A stretch of DNA of 64,000 bases from Cyanidioschyzon merolae (Eukaryota). Each line of letters begins with the position of its first letter. The stretch's first letter is position 1. Under the pieces are notes generated by a model. The model was not told the origin of the DNA. It made no database searches and worked only from the letters and a program-made list of their open reading frames with translations. A program made the position numbers and the translations under genes. The DNA lies in assembly GCA_000091205.1 (NCBI GenBank), contig AP006501.2. One strand, written 5' to 3'. This document shows, in pieces, positions 1 through 13,043 of the stretch.

Positions 1-1
1 G

Positions 2-1063
2 GCCACAGAAGCGGCGTCGACGGCGATAAGACGTATCGGAAATGACCTATTGCCGACTGATACCACAGTGAACGGCGCCGCCTCCGTGGATTTTGCCAAT
101 ATAAGCATGTTGCGTATAACAATCGATGATTTCCTTGTTGCCATCGGAAAAGTTCAGCCCTCGGCGTTGCGTGAGGGATTCGCCACCGTGCCAGACGTTT
201 CCTGGGAGGATATAGGAGCTCTGGATGACATCAGAGAGGAGCTCGAGATGGCTGTGATTGAGCCGCTTCGAGAACCGGAAAAGTTCGCGAGGTTCGGAAT
301 CGGAATCTCTGCTGGTGTGCTTCTGTATGGCCCGCCTGGGTGCGGGAAAACTTTGTTAGCCAAAGCAGTTGCAAATGAAAGCGGCGCCAACTTTATCTCC
401 GTCAAAGGTCCGGAGCTTCTCGACAAGTACGTCGGTGAGAGTGAGCGCGCCGTCCGTCGACTTTTTCAGCGAGCCCGCTCCAGCGCACCATGCGTGATCT
501 TTTTCGACGAATTGGATGCACTCGCGCCGCGAAGAGCATTCGGTAGCTTCGGTGCTTCAGCGAGCGCCGATAACGATGCCGGGGGAAGCAACGCTAGTGA
601 AAGGCTAGTGAACCAGCTACTCACGGAGCTAGACGGCATGAATCCCCGCCGACAAGTTTTCGTCATTGCGGCAACGAATCGGCCGGACTTAATCGACGCG
701 GCGATGCTCCGACCTGGACGTTTCGACAAACTTCTTTACGTTCCACTGCCAGACGAAACTGGAAGACATGCGATCCTGCAAACTGGCCTTCGGGGAATGC
801 CCCTGGACTCCCGCGTGGACCTGAGAGCGGTTTCTGGTGCAACGAAAGGATTCTCCGGCGCAGACATTGCTGCACTCATTCGAGAAGCGGCTGTACGTGC
901 ACTGCGTTCTGAGGCGCCGGCGATCGGCGCTGAGCATTTTCGCAAGGCTCTCGAAAATATATTTCCGTCAGTGAGTCCCGGAGACGCCGCCCGTTACGAT
1001 TCTATGAGGCAAAATTTACGCAGAGCAAGAGGGCACGTGAACGAAAATATTTTCACGATATGA
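2..1063 (+). CDS. NVL: Nuclear VCP-like AAA+ ATPase (NVL/Rix7 family), 3' portion including the D2 ATPase domain; 5' end lies outside the window
   Basis: The frame is open from base 2 with no stop before the first listed codon. It carries Walker A GPPGCGKT, Walker B CVIFFDELD and the second region of homology ATNRPDLIDAAMLRPGRFD. The block LLAKAVANESGANFISVKGPELLDKYVGESERAVRRLFQRARSSAPCVIFFDE closely matches the NVL/Rix7 D2 domain as I remember it. Stop is TGA at 1061-1063. Confidence 0.8.
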   Translation, partial: ATEAASTAIRRIGNDLLPTDTTVNGAASVDFANISMLRITIDDFLVAIGKVQPSALREGFATVPDVSWEDIGALDDIREELEMAVIEPLREPEKFARFGIGISAGVLLYGPPGCGKTLLAKAVANESGANFISVKGPELLDKYVGESERAVRRLFQRARSSAPCVIFFDELDALAPRRAFGSFGASASADNDAGGSNASERLVNQLLTELDGMNPRRQVFVIAATNRPDLIDAAMLRPGRFDKLLYVPLPDETGRHAILQTGLRGMPLDSRVDLRAVSGATKGFSGADIAALIREAAVRALRSEAPAIGAEHFRKALENIFPSVSPGDAARYDSMRQNLRRARGHVNENIFTI

Positions 1064-1088
1064 TTTGCTTGAATCTTGATGCCCATCT

Positions 1089-2309
<1,221 letters not shown>

Positions 2310-3054
2310 CTAGACACTTGGACGAACGCTTCGCGGTCCTCGGAGCTCACAACAGAAGCTCACATGTCTGGAGCGCACACTGCCGTCTCAAAATGCAGCC
2401 GCCGTTGTGGCTGCACTGCACAAGCTTCACACCGGGCATTTGCGGCGACTAGAAAACGTAGAGGCTTTGAGGCAGCAAAGGAAAGAACAGAATATGACCG
2501 CTAACTAGCTATTCGCCAACACATTCTTCCCGCCTCTATCGTAAGGTTTTCAAGTGGGAAAAGGTTTTCGTAGTTCAGAAAGCTTACCTTCTATGCGCAC
2601 CGTCCGGCTAGTGCTTCATGCTACCAGTGGCGGGTGCAGTGGCGCGACCTGATCAGCTCGTTTGCAAAGCAATTTCACCTGGGACTAGCAGTGGGTAGGC
2701 AGCGTATCTCCGTCACCGTGGTCTCGGTGGTCTCCTAGCATAACGCCTCGCGCTGCAGAAGGCAGCACGTCTTTCTACCCAGCTTGCTGGCTCCCAGAGT
2801 GACGATGAATCCCTATTCCGTGTCGGGTGAACGACGCCTCGAGCCGACACCCTCAGCGGCATGGCAGAGCCGTTCTGTCTTCGTGCTGCATTCGCGCTAG
2901 TGGTTTAGGCGCTCCGGAGGGTGCGCACGGTAGGATCGGCGCACGAGAGAATGTACGGAAAATTCCAAAGGCGGGCGTTTTCTCGTAGCTATTTAAAAAA
3001 GAGGCGAGAAAAGGAAGCACTTGAAGTGAGCTGTGAAGTTGCATCAAGACTACT

Positions 3055-6000
3055 TCAAGTATATGCATCGAACTTCATAGATCGTGGTTCTAGAGAAATC
3101 TTACCACAAAATGAACCGCTTCGTTTCCTCTTAGTTTTCATTTTGCGAAACGCTTTTCCTTGGTATGCGGAGAGTTCCGCCCAGGTTTTCTGGGCATGCT
3201 GATCTCTCGGGGTGGGATCAATGAGGGTAACATCCGAAGAAAAGAAACGTTCCTCTTGAATCCTCCGGAAAGGTGTGTTAGCCTGGGGGACTCTCTTCGC
3301 TCTGTCGGATTTTGGGGCAGCCTGTGGGTGAGGATTCAGCTTGGAGCTAGAGGCACCAGCCACGTCGCACTGACTTTTGTCACCAGAGCCTTCTACAATG
3401 ATGCTTCCTGCTGAGTCATCTCTGGGGTCGGACAAAATGGTTTGCGTGGATGACTGACTTTTGCGCCCCATCGCAGACACGGGTTTCGTTACCCGAGGCG
3501 CCATATCAGTAGATTGCGCTAGCATTCCTGGATGGGAATCAATTTGTGATGCACTGAAAGCGCTCCCTATTTGTTCGTTTGAACTGCAAGCGCGCAGTCC
3601 ATCAAATGCGATCCCATTTCCACCGTCTTCCATCGCTGCGCGCGGCTTGTATCTAGGATCCGCATCTTTGCTAGAGTGAAGTCTCTCTGGTTTCCTGAAA
3701 CCTGCGCAAACGTTTGACTTTTGAGCTTTCGTATGGCAATTCTCAGTTAAGGAATGCCAGCTTGAACAAGGAGATCCGTGCTCTCTACGCGTTCGTTTGT
3801 CTAAAGGTTTCCCCGTATCTCTTTTCTGATGATTTTGGATCTGATTTGCACAGACTGGCAAGTCTCCTCCGTCTTGCGCATGAAACCGATATTGCTCTTC
3901 TAAAGAATCCCATTTCATCGTTTTGTTCTGGCCGACCATGAGGCTAGAGTTATGCGGTTTCGACGTATTCGAGGGTCCACACTGGACGTCGTCACTTATA
4001 CATGATTCCGTAACAGCAGCCGGAGCTGAATCCGTGCCTATTAGTACTTTTCGCTGGGAAGTACGCTCAGTGCCTTCGGCAGGGTTCTGTGATTGAGCAA
4101 CGTTCCCTTTCCGAGAGCTCGCATCCCTAGAAGCTCTGCCATTCGCGATTTCACTTCCAGCATGGTTTGTCCGAACCCCGCGATTCCGAGGGGCCTTGCC
4201 CTCACCTTCAGGGATGTGTTGCGTTGCATGTCGTCCTAATGGATTCCTTCCATGGAGCTCTCCATGAAAATATTGCGACCCGCTGGACGCAGCATTCCCT
4301 GTTCTCTGTTCCTGCACTTTCCCGGAAGCAAGATCTTCAGCATGGTAGCTGTTCATTTGCATTTTCATCTCACGCGATTCTAATGATGGACTTATTCCAT
4401 CAGTATTACCATTCGCGAGAGATCCATTGATTTCATGATAATGCCTAGATGGCTCGCATGAGCTGCCTCCAGTGGAATGCACTGATATGTTATCATTTCT
4501 GTCACAATGAGATGCTATCAGCTGATGGTCTGAGGTGTTGGGAAGGGAATCCTGGAATCGTTCCTCTATCCTGCCAGGAGCCGTGCGACTTGCTGATATC
4601 TTTCCAGGCGGAACTGGTAAATTCGGCTCGCTGCTGGTTCCAAAGTCACTCATATTCATACGCGCTGAGCATCTACTGCAGCCGCTGCTCGATGACGACT
4701 CAGAAGTCGACTCCGAAGTGGAGGACGCAACACCTGCCGTCCTCGGTGGCACCTTTCGCGCCTCCGTAGCCTCTAGTGAGCTCGATGAGCTCGATGAGCT
4801 CGACGATGTTGCCGTCGACGCTAGCGCACGCTTCGCTGAGGCCCGATGTGGCGGTTGGACGCTCCCAGCGCGCCTTGTGACTCGCTCGCCGTCGCTCGAT
4901 GACGACTCAGAAGTCGACTCCGAAGTGGAGGACGCAACACCTGCCGTCCTCGGTGGCACCTTTCGCGCCTCCGTAGCCTCTAGTGAGCTCGATGAGCTCG
5001 ATGAGCTCGACGATGTTGCCGTCGACGCTAGCGCACGCTTCGCTGAGGCCCGATGTGGCGGTTGGACGCTCCCAGCGCGCCTTGTGACTCGCTCGCCGTC
5101 GCTCGATGACGACTCAGAAGTCGATTCCGAAGTGGAGGACGCAACACCTGCCGTCCTCGGTGGCACCTTCCGCGCTTCCGTAGCCTCTAGTGAGCTCGAT
5201 GAGCTCGATGAGCTCGACGATGTTGCCGTCGACGCTAGCGCACGCTTCGCTGAGGCCCGATGTGGCGGTTGGACGCTCCCAGCGCGTCTTGTGACTCGCT
5301 CGCCGTCGCTCGACGACGACTCAGAAGTCGACTCCGAAGTGGAGGACGCAACACCTGCCGTCCTCGGTGGCACCTTTCGCGCCTCCGTAGCCTCTAGTGA
5401 GCTCGATGAGCTCGATGAGCTCGACGATGTTGCCGTCGACGCTAGCGCACGCTTCGCTGAGGCCCGATGTGGCGGTTGGACGCTCCCAGCGCGCCTTGTG
5501 ACTCGCTCGCCGTCGCTCGATGACGACTCAGAAGTCGACTCCGAAGTGGAGGACGCAACACCTGCCGTCCTCGGTGGCACCTTTCGCGCTTCCGTAGCCT
5601 CTAGTGAGCTCGATGAGCTCGATGAGCTCGACGATGTTGCCGTCGACGCTAGCGCACGCTTCGCTGAGGCCCGATGTGGCGGTTGGACGCTCCCAGCGCG
5701 CCTTGTGACTCGCTCGCCGTCGCTCGATGACGACTCAGAAGTCGACTCCGAAGTGGAGGACGCAACACCTGCCGTCCTCGGTGGCACCTTTCGCGCCTCC
5801 GTAGCCTCTAGTGAGCTCGATGAGCTCGATGAGCTCGACGATGTTGCCGTCGACGCTAGCGCACGCTTCGCTGAGGCCCGATGTGGCGGTTGGACGCTCC
5901 CAGCGCGCCTTGTGACTCGCTCGCCGTCGCTCGATGACGACTCAGAAGTCGATTCCGAAGTGGAGGACGCAACACCTGCCGTCCTCGGTGGCACCTTTCG

Positions 6001-7527
6001 CGCCTCCGTAGCCTCTAGTGAGCTCGATGAGCTCGATGAGCTCGACGATGTTGCCGTCGACGCTAGCGCACGCATCGCTGAGGCCCGATGTGGCGGTTGG
6101 ACGCTCCCAGCGCGCCTTGTGACTCGCTCGCCGTCGCTCGATGACGACTCAGAAGTCGATTCCGAAGTGGAGGACGCAACACCTGCCGTCCTCGGCGGCA
6201 CCTTCCGCGCTTCCGCAGCCTCTAGTGAGCTCGATGAGCTCGATGAGCTCGACGATGTTGCCGTCGACGCTAGCGCACGCTTCGCTGAGGCCCGATGTGG
6301 CGGTTGGACGCTCCCAGCGCGCCTTGTGACTCGCTCGCCGTCGCTCGACGACGACTCAGAGGTCGACTCCGAAGTGGAGGACGCAACACCTGCCGTCCTC
6401 GGTGGCACCTTCCGCGCTTCCGTAGCCTCTAGTGAGCTCGATGAGCTCGACGATGTTGCCGTCGACGCTAGCGCACGCTTCGCTGAGGCCCGATGTGGCG
6501 GTTGGACGCTCCCAGCGCGCCTTGTGACTCGCTCGCTGTCGCTCGATGACGACTCAGAAGTCGACTCCGAAGTGGAGGACGCAACACCTGCCGTCCTCGG
6601 TGGCACCTTCCGCGCTTCCGCAGCCTCTAGTGAGCTCGATGAGCTCGATGAGCTCGACGATGTTGCCGTCGACGCTAGCGCACGCTTCGCTGAGGCCCGA
6701 TGTGGCGGTTGGACGCTCCCAGCGCGCCTTGTGACTCGCTCGCCGTCGCTCGACGACGACTCAGAGGTCGACTCCACCAGGACCACAGATTCAGGAAGCA
6801 ATTTCAGAGAAGATGATGAGAATACATCTGGTTGGGGTCGTTCATTATCTAAGACGCTGCCTTTTTTCCGGGGAAACGCCGACGCGTAGAATCGCGACTC
6901 GGCTGAGCCGACAGCACCGGAGTCTGCTCTCGCGCGCCTCTCACGCTCTTGTGGAGCTGACTCGTTTTTTGAGATCGCCACTGCTTCCGAGACAGCGCCC
7001 GGCCCACCAGAATCTGGAATAGACTGAGCAGGGGCCCTTACTGAAACCTTTTCACTTCGCCTTCGACCGGTTAGGGCCGCACCTGCGGCTGACAAACTCA
7101 ATACAGGAGACACGCTCCATTTCGCATCTGTTTCAGAGGCCCATTTGTATGTCCGAGCGTCGATCCCACTTTCTTCCAGTAATCTTGCGTCTAACTCTTC
7201 TATTGCAAAGCTCAAGCGCTTTGATCTCTGTATCGAAAGTCCAGCAGTATGCGAACTGCTCGAGTCGCTTGAGTTGTCTGCAATTTCAGAGCTTGATTCG
7301 GCTCTATGAATAGTCGCATCACATTCGCAGCGTGCACGCTTCTTTGCAAGCTTTTCCGCTGATTCATGCGCCAAAGATTCAGCTGTCCGTTTTAAACCTA
7401 CACTGTGAAGAAACTGAAACAGCGCACCGAGAAGGCCACTGTTTCGCAAACGACCTCCATGCAGTCGGGAATCGCCAGCTTCCTCTTCTGATAGGTGCTT
7501 GTCCCCTTGAGAACATTTTGATTCCAT
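3055..7527 (-). CDS. Hypothetical Ser/Thr-rich low-complexity protein containing ten tandem 69-aa repeats
   Basis: 1490-aa ORF with about 200 aa unique N-terminal and about 540 aa unique C-terminal sequence flanking ten 69-aa repeats (VTRRAGSVQPPHRASAKRALASTATSSSSSSSSSSLEATEARKVPPRTAGVASSTSESTSESSSSDGER). No recognisable domain. Assignment to the minus strand rests on the long unique flanks. Confidence 0.5.
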   Translation of the reverse strand: MESKCSQGDKHLSEEEAGDSRLHGGRLRNSGLLGALFQFLHSVGLKRTAESLAHESAEKLAKKRARCECDATIHRAESSSEIADNSSDSSSSHTAGLSIQRSKRLSFAIEELDARLLEESGIDARTYKWASETDAKWSVSPVLSLSAAGAALTGRRRSEKVSVRAPAQSIPDSGGPGAVSEAVAISKNESAPQERERRARADSGAVGSAESRFYASAFPRKKGSVLDNERPQPDVFSSSSLKLLPESVVLVESTSESSSSDGERVTRRAGSVQPPHRASAKRALASTATSSSSSSSSSSLEAAEARKVPPRTAGVASSTSESTSESSSSDSERVTRRAGSVQPPHRASAKRALASTATSSSSSSSLEATEARKVPPRTAGVASSTSESTSESSSSDGERVTRRAGSVQPPHRASAKRALASTATSSSSSSSSSSLEAAEARKVPPRTAGVASSTSESTSESSSSDGERVTRRAGSVQPPHRASAMRALASTATSSSSSSSSSSLEATEARKVPPRTAGVASSTSESTSESSSSDGERVTRRAGSVQPPHRASAKRALASTATSSSSSSSSSSLEATEARKVPPRTAGVASSTSESTSESSSSDGERVTRRAGSVQPPHRASAKRALASTATSSSSSSSSSSLEATEARKVPPRTAGVASSTSESTSESSSSDGERVTRRAGSVQPPHRASAKRALASTATSSSSSSSSSSLEATEARKVPPRTAGVASSTSESTSESSSSDGERVTRRAGSVQPPHRASAKRALASTATSSSSSSSSSSLEATEARKVPPRTAGVASSTSESTSESSSSDGERVTRRAGSVQPPHRASAKRALASTATSSSSSSSSSSLEATEARKVPPRTAGVASSTSESTSESSSSDGERVTRRAGSVQPPHRASAKRALASTATSSSSSSSSSSLEATEARKVPPRTAGVASSTSESTSESSSSSGCSRCSARMNMSDFGTSSEPNLPVPPGKISASRTAPGRIEERFQDSLPNTSDHQLIASHCDRNDNISVHSTGGSSCEPSRHYHEINGSLANGNTDGISPSLESREMKMQMNSYHAEDLASGKVQEQRTGNAASSGSQYFHGELHGRNPLGRHATQHIPEGEGKAPRNRGVRTNHAGSEIANGRASRDASSRKGNVAQSQNPAEGTERTSQRKVLIGTDSAPAAVTESCISDDVQCGPSNTSKPHNSSLMVGQNKTMKWDSLEEQYRFHAQDGGDLPVCANQIQNHQKRDTGKPLDKRTRREHGSPCSSWHSLTENCHTKAQKSNVCAGFRKPERLHSSKDADPRYKPRAAMEDGGNGIAFDGLRACSSNEQIGSAFSASQIDSHPGMLAQSTDMAPRVTKPVSAMGRKSQSSTQTILSDPRDDSAGSIIVEGSGDKSQCDVAGASSSKLNPHPQAAPKSDRAKRVPQANTPFRRIQEERFFSSDVTLIDPTPRDQHAQKTWAELSAYQGKAFRKMKTKRKRSGSFCGKISLEPRSMKFDAYT
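4683..6775. repeat. Tandem array of a 207-bp unit, about 10.1 copies, nearly identical (one copy 198 bp)
   Basis: Read directly from the sequence: the unit starting gctcgatgacgactcagaagtcgactccgaagtggaggacgcaacacctgccgtcc recurs with a 207-bp period from about 4683 to about 6775, with only scattered single-base differences. Confidence 0.95.
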
Positions 7528-10382
7528 GACTTTCGGAACTATGATATCTCAAAAGGACGAGTATGTGCACGAAGTGCCTTCTGAACAGGTTTATGTACCT
7601 CCTAGGGTGACGTCGACTTGGTATGCACCGTCTACCAACGGCGATGTCGACGCCGACGTCTCCCGGCGACGCCGTCGCATGCTACCGGCGATCATCGGCG
7701 TGGGGCATATTGTTGCAAGACGTGAAGATCGGATGTTCAGCTAGAGCGCCTCTCCTGGAACATGCTCTAGAGGCAAAAGTAGCATTGCACTGCATCCGCC
7801 ACATACGACGTCGTCTATCGGGACGTGATTGGGTGTGGAGGAATACGCATGCGCTTTTCGACTGTAGTCTAAGGTTCGGCGTCTTGTACGAAGCATCCTG
7901 TCTTTCTGCTGACTGCGGGCAGTGAAAGGTAGTCAACGAAATAGAGCTGCAGATCAGGCAAGCACTGGTCAGTTGTTCGTTCGTTCAAGCCTCTATACCC
8001 GTGCCAGACGAAACAGGAACACACTGATCCTCGTTCTGTTACCGTACGTCGATATTTTCCAAACCTTTGTCTAGAGTTACAGTGTAGATATGTGAAGTGG
8101 ATCACCACTGACTTACAGATTCGTACGTATGTAAAGGATTCTCCGTCGCAATTTCGGTCTGGCTCCTTCGACTCCCTTCGGCCGGTACTTTTCCAGTCTA
8201 GGGATTCAAGATGATTCGCAACGCAATCGAACGAAGGCTGCTAGAGTAACAGATATCAGCATCCAACCCATGCGTACAGGCCTGTAAGCTTTTCTTTTGC
8301 AAACGTGTAGCGTGCAGGAATCACGCACCCTTCGTATGTTCGATCTGTCCGTTCCGAGGCGATTCTTGGGCGCGACAAGTTGCGTCGCTGTATTCACGAC
8401 GACGAGAACTCGGCTTTAAGCCCTGACGACCTGCTCGCATACTCACTCCGCAGGTGTACTGAACGGATAAGGTCGAATAATCGAGTATGGTCGAAAGACA
8501 TAATCTCCTCTTTTTTCGCCATCGAAGAAAAAGCATTCGACAGCATCAGCACGATACCTCTCAGGGAGTATGCTCCCAGATGCATGCGTCTCTTCTGTTT
8601 GCTTGGAAAAGTGTCTTGGGATAGGACTTCAGTCATCGCAGCAACAGCTGCCAGAGAAGGGTGCGTCACCGCTTGGGGCAAAGCGATTGCAGACGCAGCG
8701 GTGCAGTCGACTTGCTCCCCAGTCGGGATTTTCCTTCCGGTACCTGTTTTATCGAATGGAATGACGCATTCCAAACAAGCCCCAACTGGAAGGTGCGGAG
8801 TGCGTACGCGTATGCAACGGACAGTGTTCTCGACTAGGGGATCGCCCAGGAGAAGCCCCTGATCGTAAGGCACAGCAACGATGACGAAAACGGATGCAAA
8901 CATCGCGGGGAGCGTATTTCTACAGATTAGCGGCATCTTCGGAGCTGCGAAGCTAGCCTCCATGCGCCAGAGAGCGGCCTTTGTAAGAGACGATGTTGCA
9001 GGCACGTGAGAACGCCTCAGGGCAGCCAAGCGTTGGCGCCGCTGCGCGGGCTTCACCGAGGCTCTCCACTACGGAGGTGCAAGCGGCGAGCGAAGCGCAG
9101 CTCGCAACTCGCGCCTGTCCGTGGTATGCGTGGACATTTACCGGAAGGCGCGAGCTCGGGACATTAGCGTTGCCATCAAATCCTTCGGCGCTCACACCCG
9201 AGCTGGATGGACCGGTGAAACTGGCGCACCTCAGACCGGAAATAAGAGAGAAAAAAGGGGTAGGCGCGGAAAAATCCCACAAATGCTTGTATTGTTAACA
9301 GTTGGATGATTTTCAAACTTTGTACTGCATGCTCGAGTCAGGTTTGCGGACCCGTTCCGTTTGACTCTAAGATGCGCGCGGACTCGGCGGCGGACGCGAA
9401 ATGGTATACATCTTGAGAGCTTGAACAGAAACAATTAGATTCTTAACTTCCTGAGCGTCAAAATTTCCATTCGGGGCGGAATGATACCTCCCGCAGGAAC
9501 GGCTGCTCGAACCTTCCGCTTTTTCGATTGCGGGTTCCCGGTCCCGCACTAGCGTTTCCCGTACTATCTTTTGACTAAGGAAACGCTGCTTGTGGTTCTG
9601 GTGCATGCTCCGCGATGGCTTACTGGGGTTCGCTTTTGGCCCACTGGTTGATGAATTCCCGAACCGAAATGTATTCTATCTAACACATGCTATACGTTAG
9701 AATTGCTGTAGCTGTCCCTAAATGCCTTCTTGCCATGCAATGATGATCAAATTCCTGCGGTAGTCTGGTAAAATCTGCACATGGCCAGTTCGTAAGAACA
9801 TGGTCTTTTGGTCTTCTCACTTGATCAAGACAGCAAAGTCACGTAGGCTTGTGAAAAGCAATCATACGTAAGCGCCTTGATCCATGAATAGGTGACGAAA
9901 ATCTCTCGTTTACAATGAAATGTCGAAAAATCCGGAAGAGATGATGATGTTGTGACGCACAGCTCTGCTATAATTTTGAGAAGCCTCATCTTATGATCAG
10001 CCGATTAACGGTTACACGCTGTTTTGCCGTCCCCTGGACTACGTGCGACTGCCTTGCGCTTATTCGGATTCTTGTTAGTTCAGTGTCATTTATTCTTGGC
10101 GATGGAGGCTAGCGTGGGGTCCAAAGTACCTCCGAAAGAACACTCTGGCTTGACGTGCCTATTACGCGCTCTTCTGAAGCTTGAGTACACCAGCGCTAAC
10201 TTTTCCCTTGTATGCAATCCAGCACGATCGTTGCTGCACAGGAAAGGATCGAATTCGACGACGCGCAGTTCTCATTAGCAATTCGAAGGACTGTGCGGTT
10301 GGGATTTGTCCTGCGATCCGCATATCTATTTCAGGGGCATCTCGCCTGATGCAACACCAAAAGAGCAGCACCTGCTGCTGTG

Positions 10383-13043
10383 TTAAAGATCATGCTCTTC
10401 CTTTTTCGCCTCTCCAACGTCATGGTTTGGCTCGATTTCAAGCGTTGCCCCGCTCAAACTTTCCGCTTGTTTGCTAATGCGCACGCGAACATCTTCTCCG
10501 TGCCGCACTGTTCCCTGCAAAAGGTGGCGAGACAATGGCTCGAGAATTGCCCTCTGGATCACCCTTCTTAGCGGCCGTGCGCCATAGACAGGATCGTATC
10601 CATGTTCAACAAGCCACTGTATTACATCGTCGGAAATGTCTAGGCGGAGATCTGCTCGCTCGCGGAGTAGTTTCTGCAGCGCGTCAAGCTGTACACGAAC
10701 CACATCTTTCAAGATTTCACGTCCAAGTCGATTGAACAAAATGATGTCATCAAGTCGGTTAATGAACTCCGGGGGAAAGAATTGCCGGACCTGAACCATG
10801 ACTTCGTCACGTGCGAAGCTGCTCGGAACACCATCTGGCAGAGAGGCTAAAATATCTGCGCCGATATTACTCGTCATCACAATAATCGTGTTTCGGAAAT
10901 CGACCGTTCTTCCTTGACCATCTGTAAGACGGCCATCGTCTAGAACTTGCAAAAGCACTGTACATACAGCCCGGTGAGCCTTTTCAAATTCGTCGAAAAG
11001 TACCAATTGATAGGGCCTGCGCCTCACCGACTCGGTGAGTTGTCCGCCCTCCTCGTAGCCGACGTAACCGGGTGGTGCACCAATGAGACGAGCGACTGAA
11101 TGCCGTTCAGAGTACTCACTCATGTCCAGGCGACACATTGCATCGGGGCTGTCGAAAAGAAACTCAGCCAGACCTCTACAAAGTTCGGTTTTCCCCACGC
11201 CAGTGGGCCCTAGAAACAGAAATGATCCTATTGGTCGATTGTGAGCGTGAAGCCCTGCTCGCGAAAGACGAATAGCAGACGCGACCGTGCGGACGGCCTC
11301 AGGCTGCCCGACTACCCTCTTCGAGAGGTGATCTTCGAGATGCAGAAGTCTCTCTTTCTCGCTCGACATTAGCGCCTGAACCGGAATTCCTGTTGCTTTC
11401 GAGATCACTTGCAGAATATCTTTCTCAGTCACAGCCTCTGCTACGAGTTTGCCCGACGTTTCTGCCTCATTCTGAGCGACGTTTAACGTAGTCGCGGTCG
11501 TGCCTTGGGCGGAATCCGATAGCAGAATCGTTCGATGCTCAGCGGGAATGCGCGATTCAATCTCTGGTATCGTTTTGTACCGCAGCATCGCCACTTTCTC
11601 CCACTCGCCGCGTCGCTCAGCCATTTCCATCTCATGTAACGCCTTTTCCAACTCCTCTTTTGCTTGTTTCATCGCCTGCAGTTGAGCACGCTCACGTTCC
11701 CATTGGAGAGCCAGTTGTGACCGTTGGTGTTCAAGCTCCCTGACTTCTCCCTCGACTGCGCTCAGCCGCTTTCGCGAGACAGGGTCGCGCTCTAGGCGCA
11801 GTGCTTCTAGCTCGACACGCAGTCGGATCAAGCGGCGATCCAAATCGTCAATAGCTTCAGGTTTGCTCTCTTGCTGCATTTTCAGCCTTGCTGCGGCTTC
11901 ATCAACCAAATCTATTGCCGAGTCAGGTAGTTTCCTCTCTGTCATGTAGCGATGTGCGTTCACTGCCGCAGCAACAAGAGCTCGATCCGCAATACGGACA
12001 CCGTGATGCACTTCATAGCGATTGCGGAGGCCTCGCAAAATGTTGATCGTGTCTTCGACAGAGGGTTCTGCGACGAAAATCGGTTGAAATCTTCTCGCTA
12101 GTGCTGCATCCTTTTCGATATACTTGCGGTATTCAGCGAGGGTTGTCGCACCAACGCAGTGAAGATCGCCCCGGGCAAGCGCAGGCTTCAACAAGTTGCT
12201 CGCATCCAGGCTACCTTCGGCAGCACCAGCACCGACGAGCATATGCAACTCATCAATAAAAAGAATGACGCTTCCTTGGAGCTCCTCGACGTCTCGAAGC
12301 ACACTGCGAAGCCGCTCTTCGAACTCTCCCCGAAACTTTGCCCCCGCAACGAGTGCGCCTAGATCCAGAGCTACTACGCGCTTATTCTTCAAGGACTCGG
12401 GGACGTCACCCCTCGCAATACGCTGCGCCAAACCCTCGACAACAGCCGTCTTGCCGACTCCCGGCTCACCTATAAGGACAGGGTTGTTCTTTGTTCGGCG
12501 CGATAGCACTTGGATTGTTCGGCGAATTTCCTCATCGCGCCCAATCACGGGATCAAGCCGATTCAGCGCAGCCGCGCTAGTAAGGTCTCGCCCGTACTTT
12601 TTCAGTGCTTCTCCAACTGGAACGTTTTCCGGATGCACCCAACCCGGCGGTTGTCCCGTCGCTCCGGTGCGATCGTTCGTGTGCCCCATTCCCGTGGCAA
12701 AACCCCTGATACCAACGACACGTTCCAAGTTCCTGCTGGAAACATTGAACCTGTTTAAAACGGCGCCACGCAAGCTCTCTAGCCTCCTGCACCGTTCCGA
12801 CAACGCCAAGACGCCGGCCTGATGATTGAAAAACATAGTCAGGCGCCTTACAGAATGCCACCTTCGCAACGAACGGGACGCATGCAGCAGAGGCCCTGCA
12901 GGAGCATCCCCAACGAGCGCCCTCGGCCAACTCTCAGACCTGCCAACTGAAGTCCCGAGAAGGGCTGCCCCTCCCCAAGGCGCTTTCGACGAGTTCCTCA
13001 AGGTACGTAGCACTAGAGCCACCATTGTGACAGGAGACGTCAT
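10383..13043 (-). CDS. CLPB: ClpB/Hsp104-family AAA+ disaggregase (Hsp78/ClpB type) with N-terminal organellar-type extension
   Basis: 886 aa with two nucleotide-binding domains (Walker A GEPGVGKT and GPTGVGKT), a coiled-coil middle domain between them, and the C-terminal D2 small domain. The true ATG start was verified. An N-terminal extension of about 120 aa rich in R/S/L precedes the Clp-N region. Confidence 0.9.
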   Translation of the reverse strand: MTSPVTMVALVLRTLRNSSKAPWGGAALLGTSVGRSESWPRALVGDAPAGPLLHASRSLRRWHSVRRLTMFFNHQAGVLALSERCRRLESLRGAVLNRFNVSSRNLERVVGIRGFATGMGHTNDRTGATGQPPGWVHPENVPVGEALKKYGRDLTSAAALNRLDPVIGRDEEIRRTIQVLSRRTKNNPVLIGEPGVGKTAVVEGLAQRIARGDVPESLKNKRVVALDLGALVAGAKFRGEFEERLRSVLRDVEELQGSVILFIDELHMLVGAGAAEGSLDASNLLKPALARGDLHCVGATTLAEYRKYIEKDAALARRFQPIFVAEPSVEDTINILRGLRNRYEVHHGVRIADRALVAAAVNAHRYMTERKLPDSAIDLVDEAAARLKMQQESKPEAIDDLDRRLIRLRVELEALRLERDPVSRKRLSAVEGEVRELEHQRSQLALQWERERAQLQAMKQAKEELEKALHEMEMAERRGEWEKVAMLRYKTIPEIESRIPAEHRTILLSDSAQGTTATTLNVAQNEAETSGKLVAEAVTEKDILQVISKATGIPVQALMSSEKERLLHLEDHLSKRVVGQPEAVRTVASAIRLSRAGLHAHNRPIGSFLFLGPTGVGKTELCRGLAEFLFDSPDAMCRLDMSEYSERHSVARLIGAPPGYVGYEEGGQLTESVRRRPYQLVLFDEFEKAHRAVCTVLLQVLDDGRLTDGQGRTVDFRNTIIVMTSNIGADILASLPDGVPSSFARDEVMVQVRQFFPPEFINRLDDIILFNRLGREILKDVVRVQLDALQKLLRERADLRLDISDDVIQWLVEHGYDPVYGARPLRRVIQRAILEPLSRHLLQGTVRHGEDVRVRISKQAESLSGATLEIEPNHDVGEAKKEEHDL

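Noticed and set aside
4535-6889. 784-aa plus-strand acidic repeat ORF antisense to the Ser-rich repeat gene
   Set aside because: It is open only because the 207-bp repeat lacks stops in that frame. Its unique flanks are about 50 aa, versus about 540 aa of unique open frame on the minus strand. It is kept as a caveat in the findings, not called as a gene.
8394-9056. 220-aa minus-strand ORF with a hydrophobic segment (FASVFVIVAVPYDQGLLLGDPLVENTV)
   Set aside because: No recognisable family, and an overlapping plus-strand ORF of similar length. There is insufficient support to call it a gene.
12196-12822. 208-aa plus-strand ORF inside the ClpB gene, and similar antisense ORFs inside other genes
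   Set aside because: These are compositionally biased (R/S/P/A-rich) shadow ORFs typical of GC-rich coding DNA read antisense. They carry no motifs.
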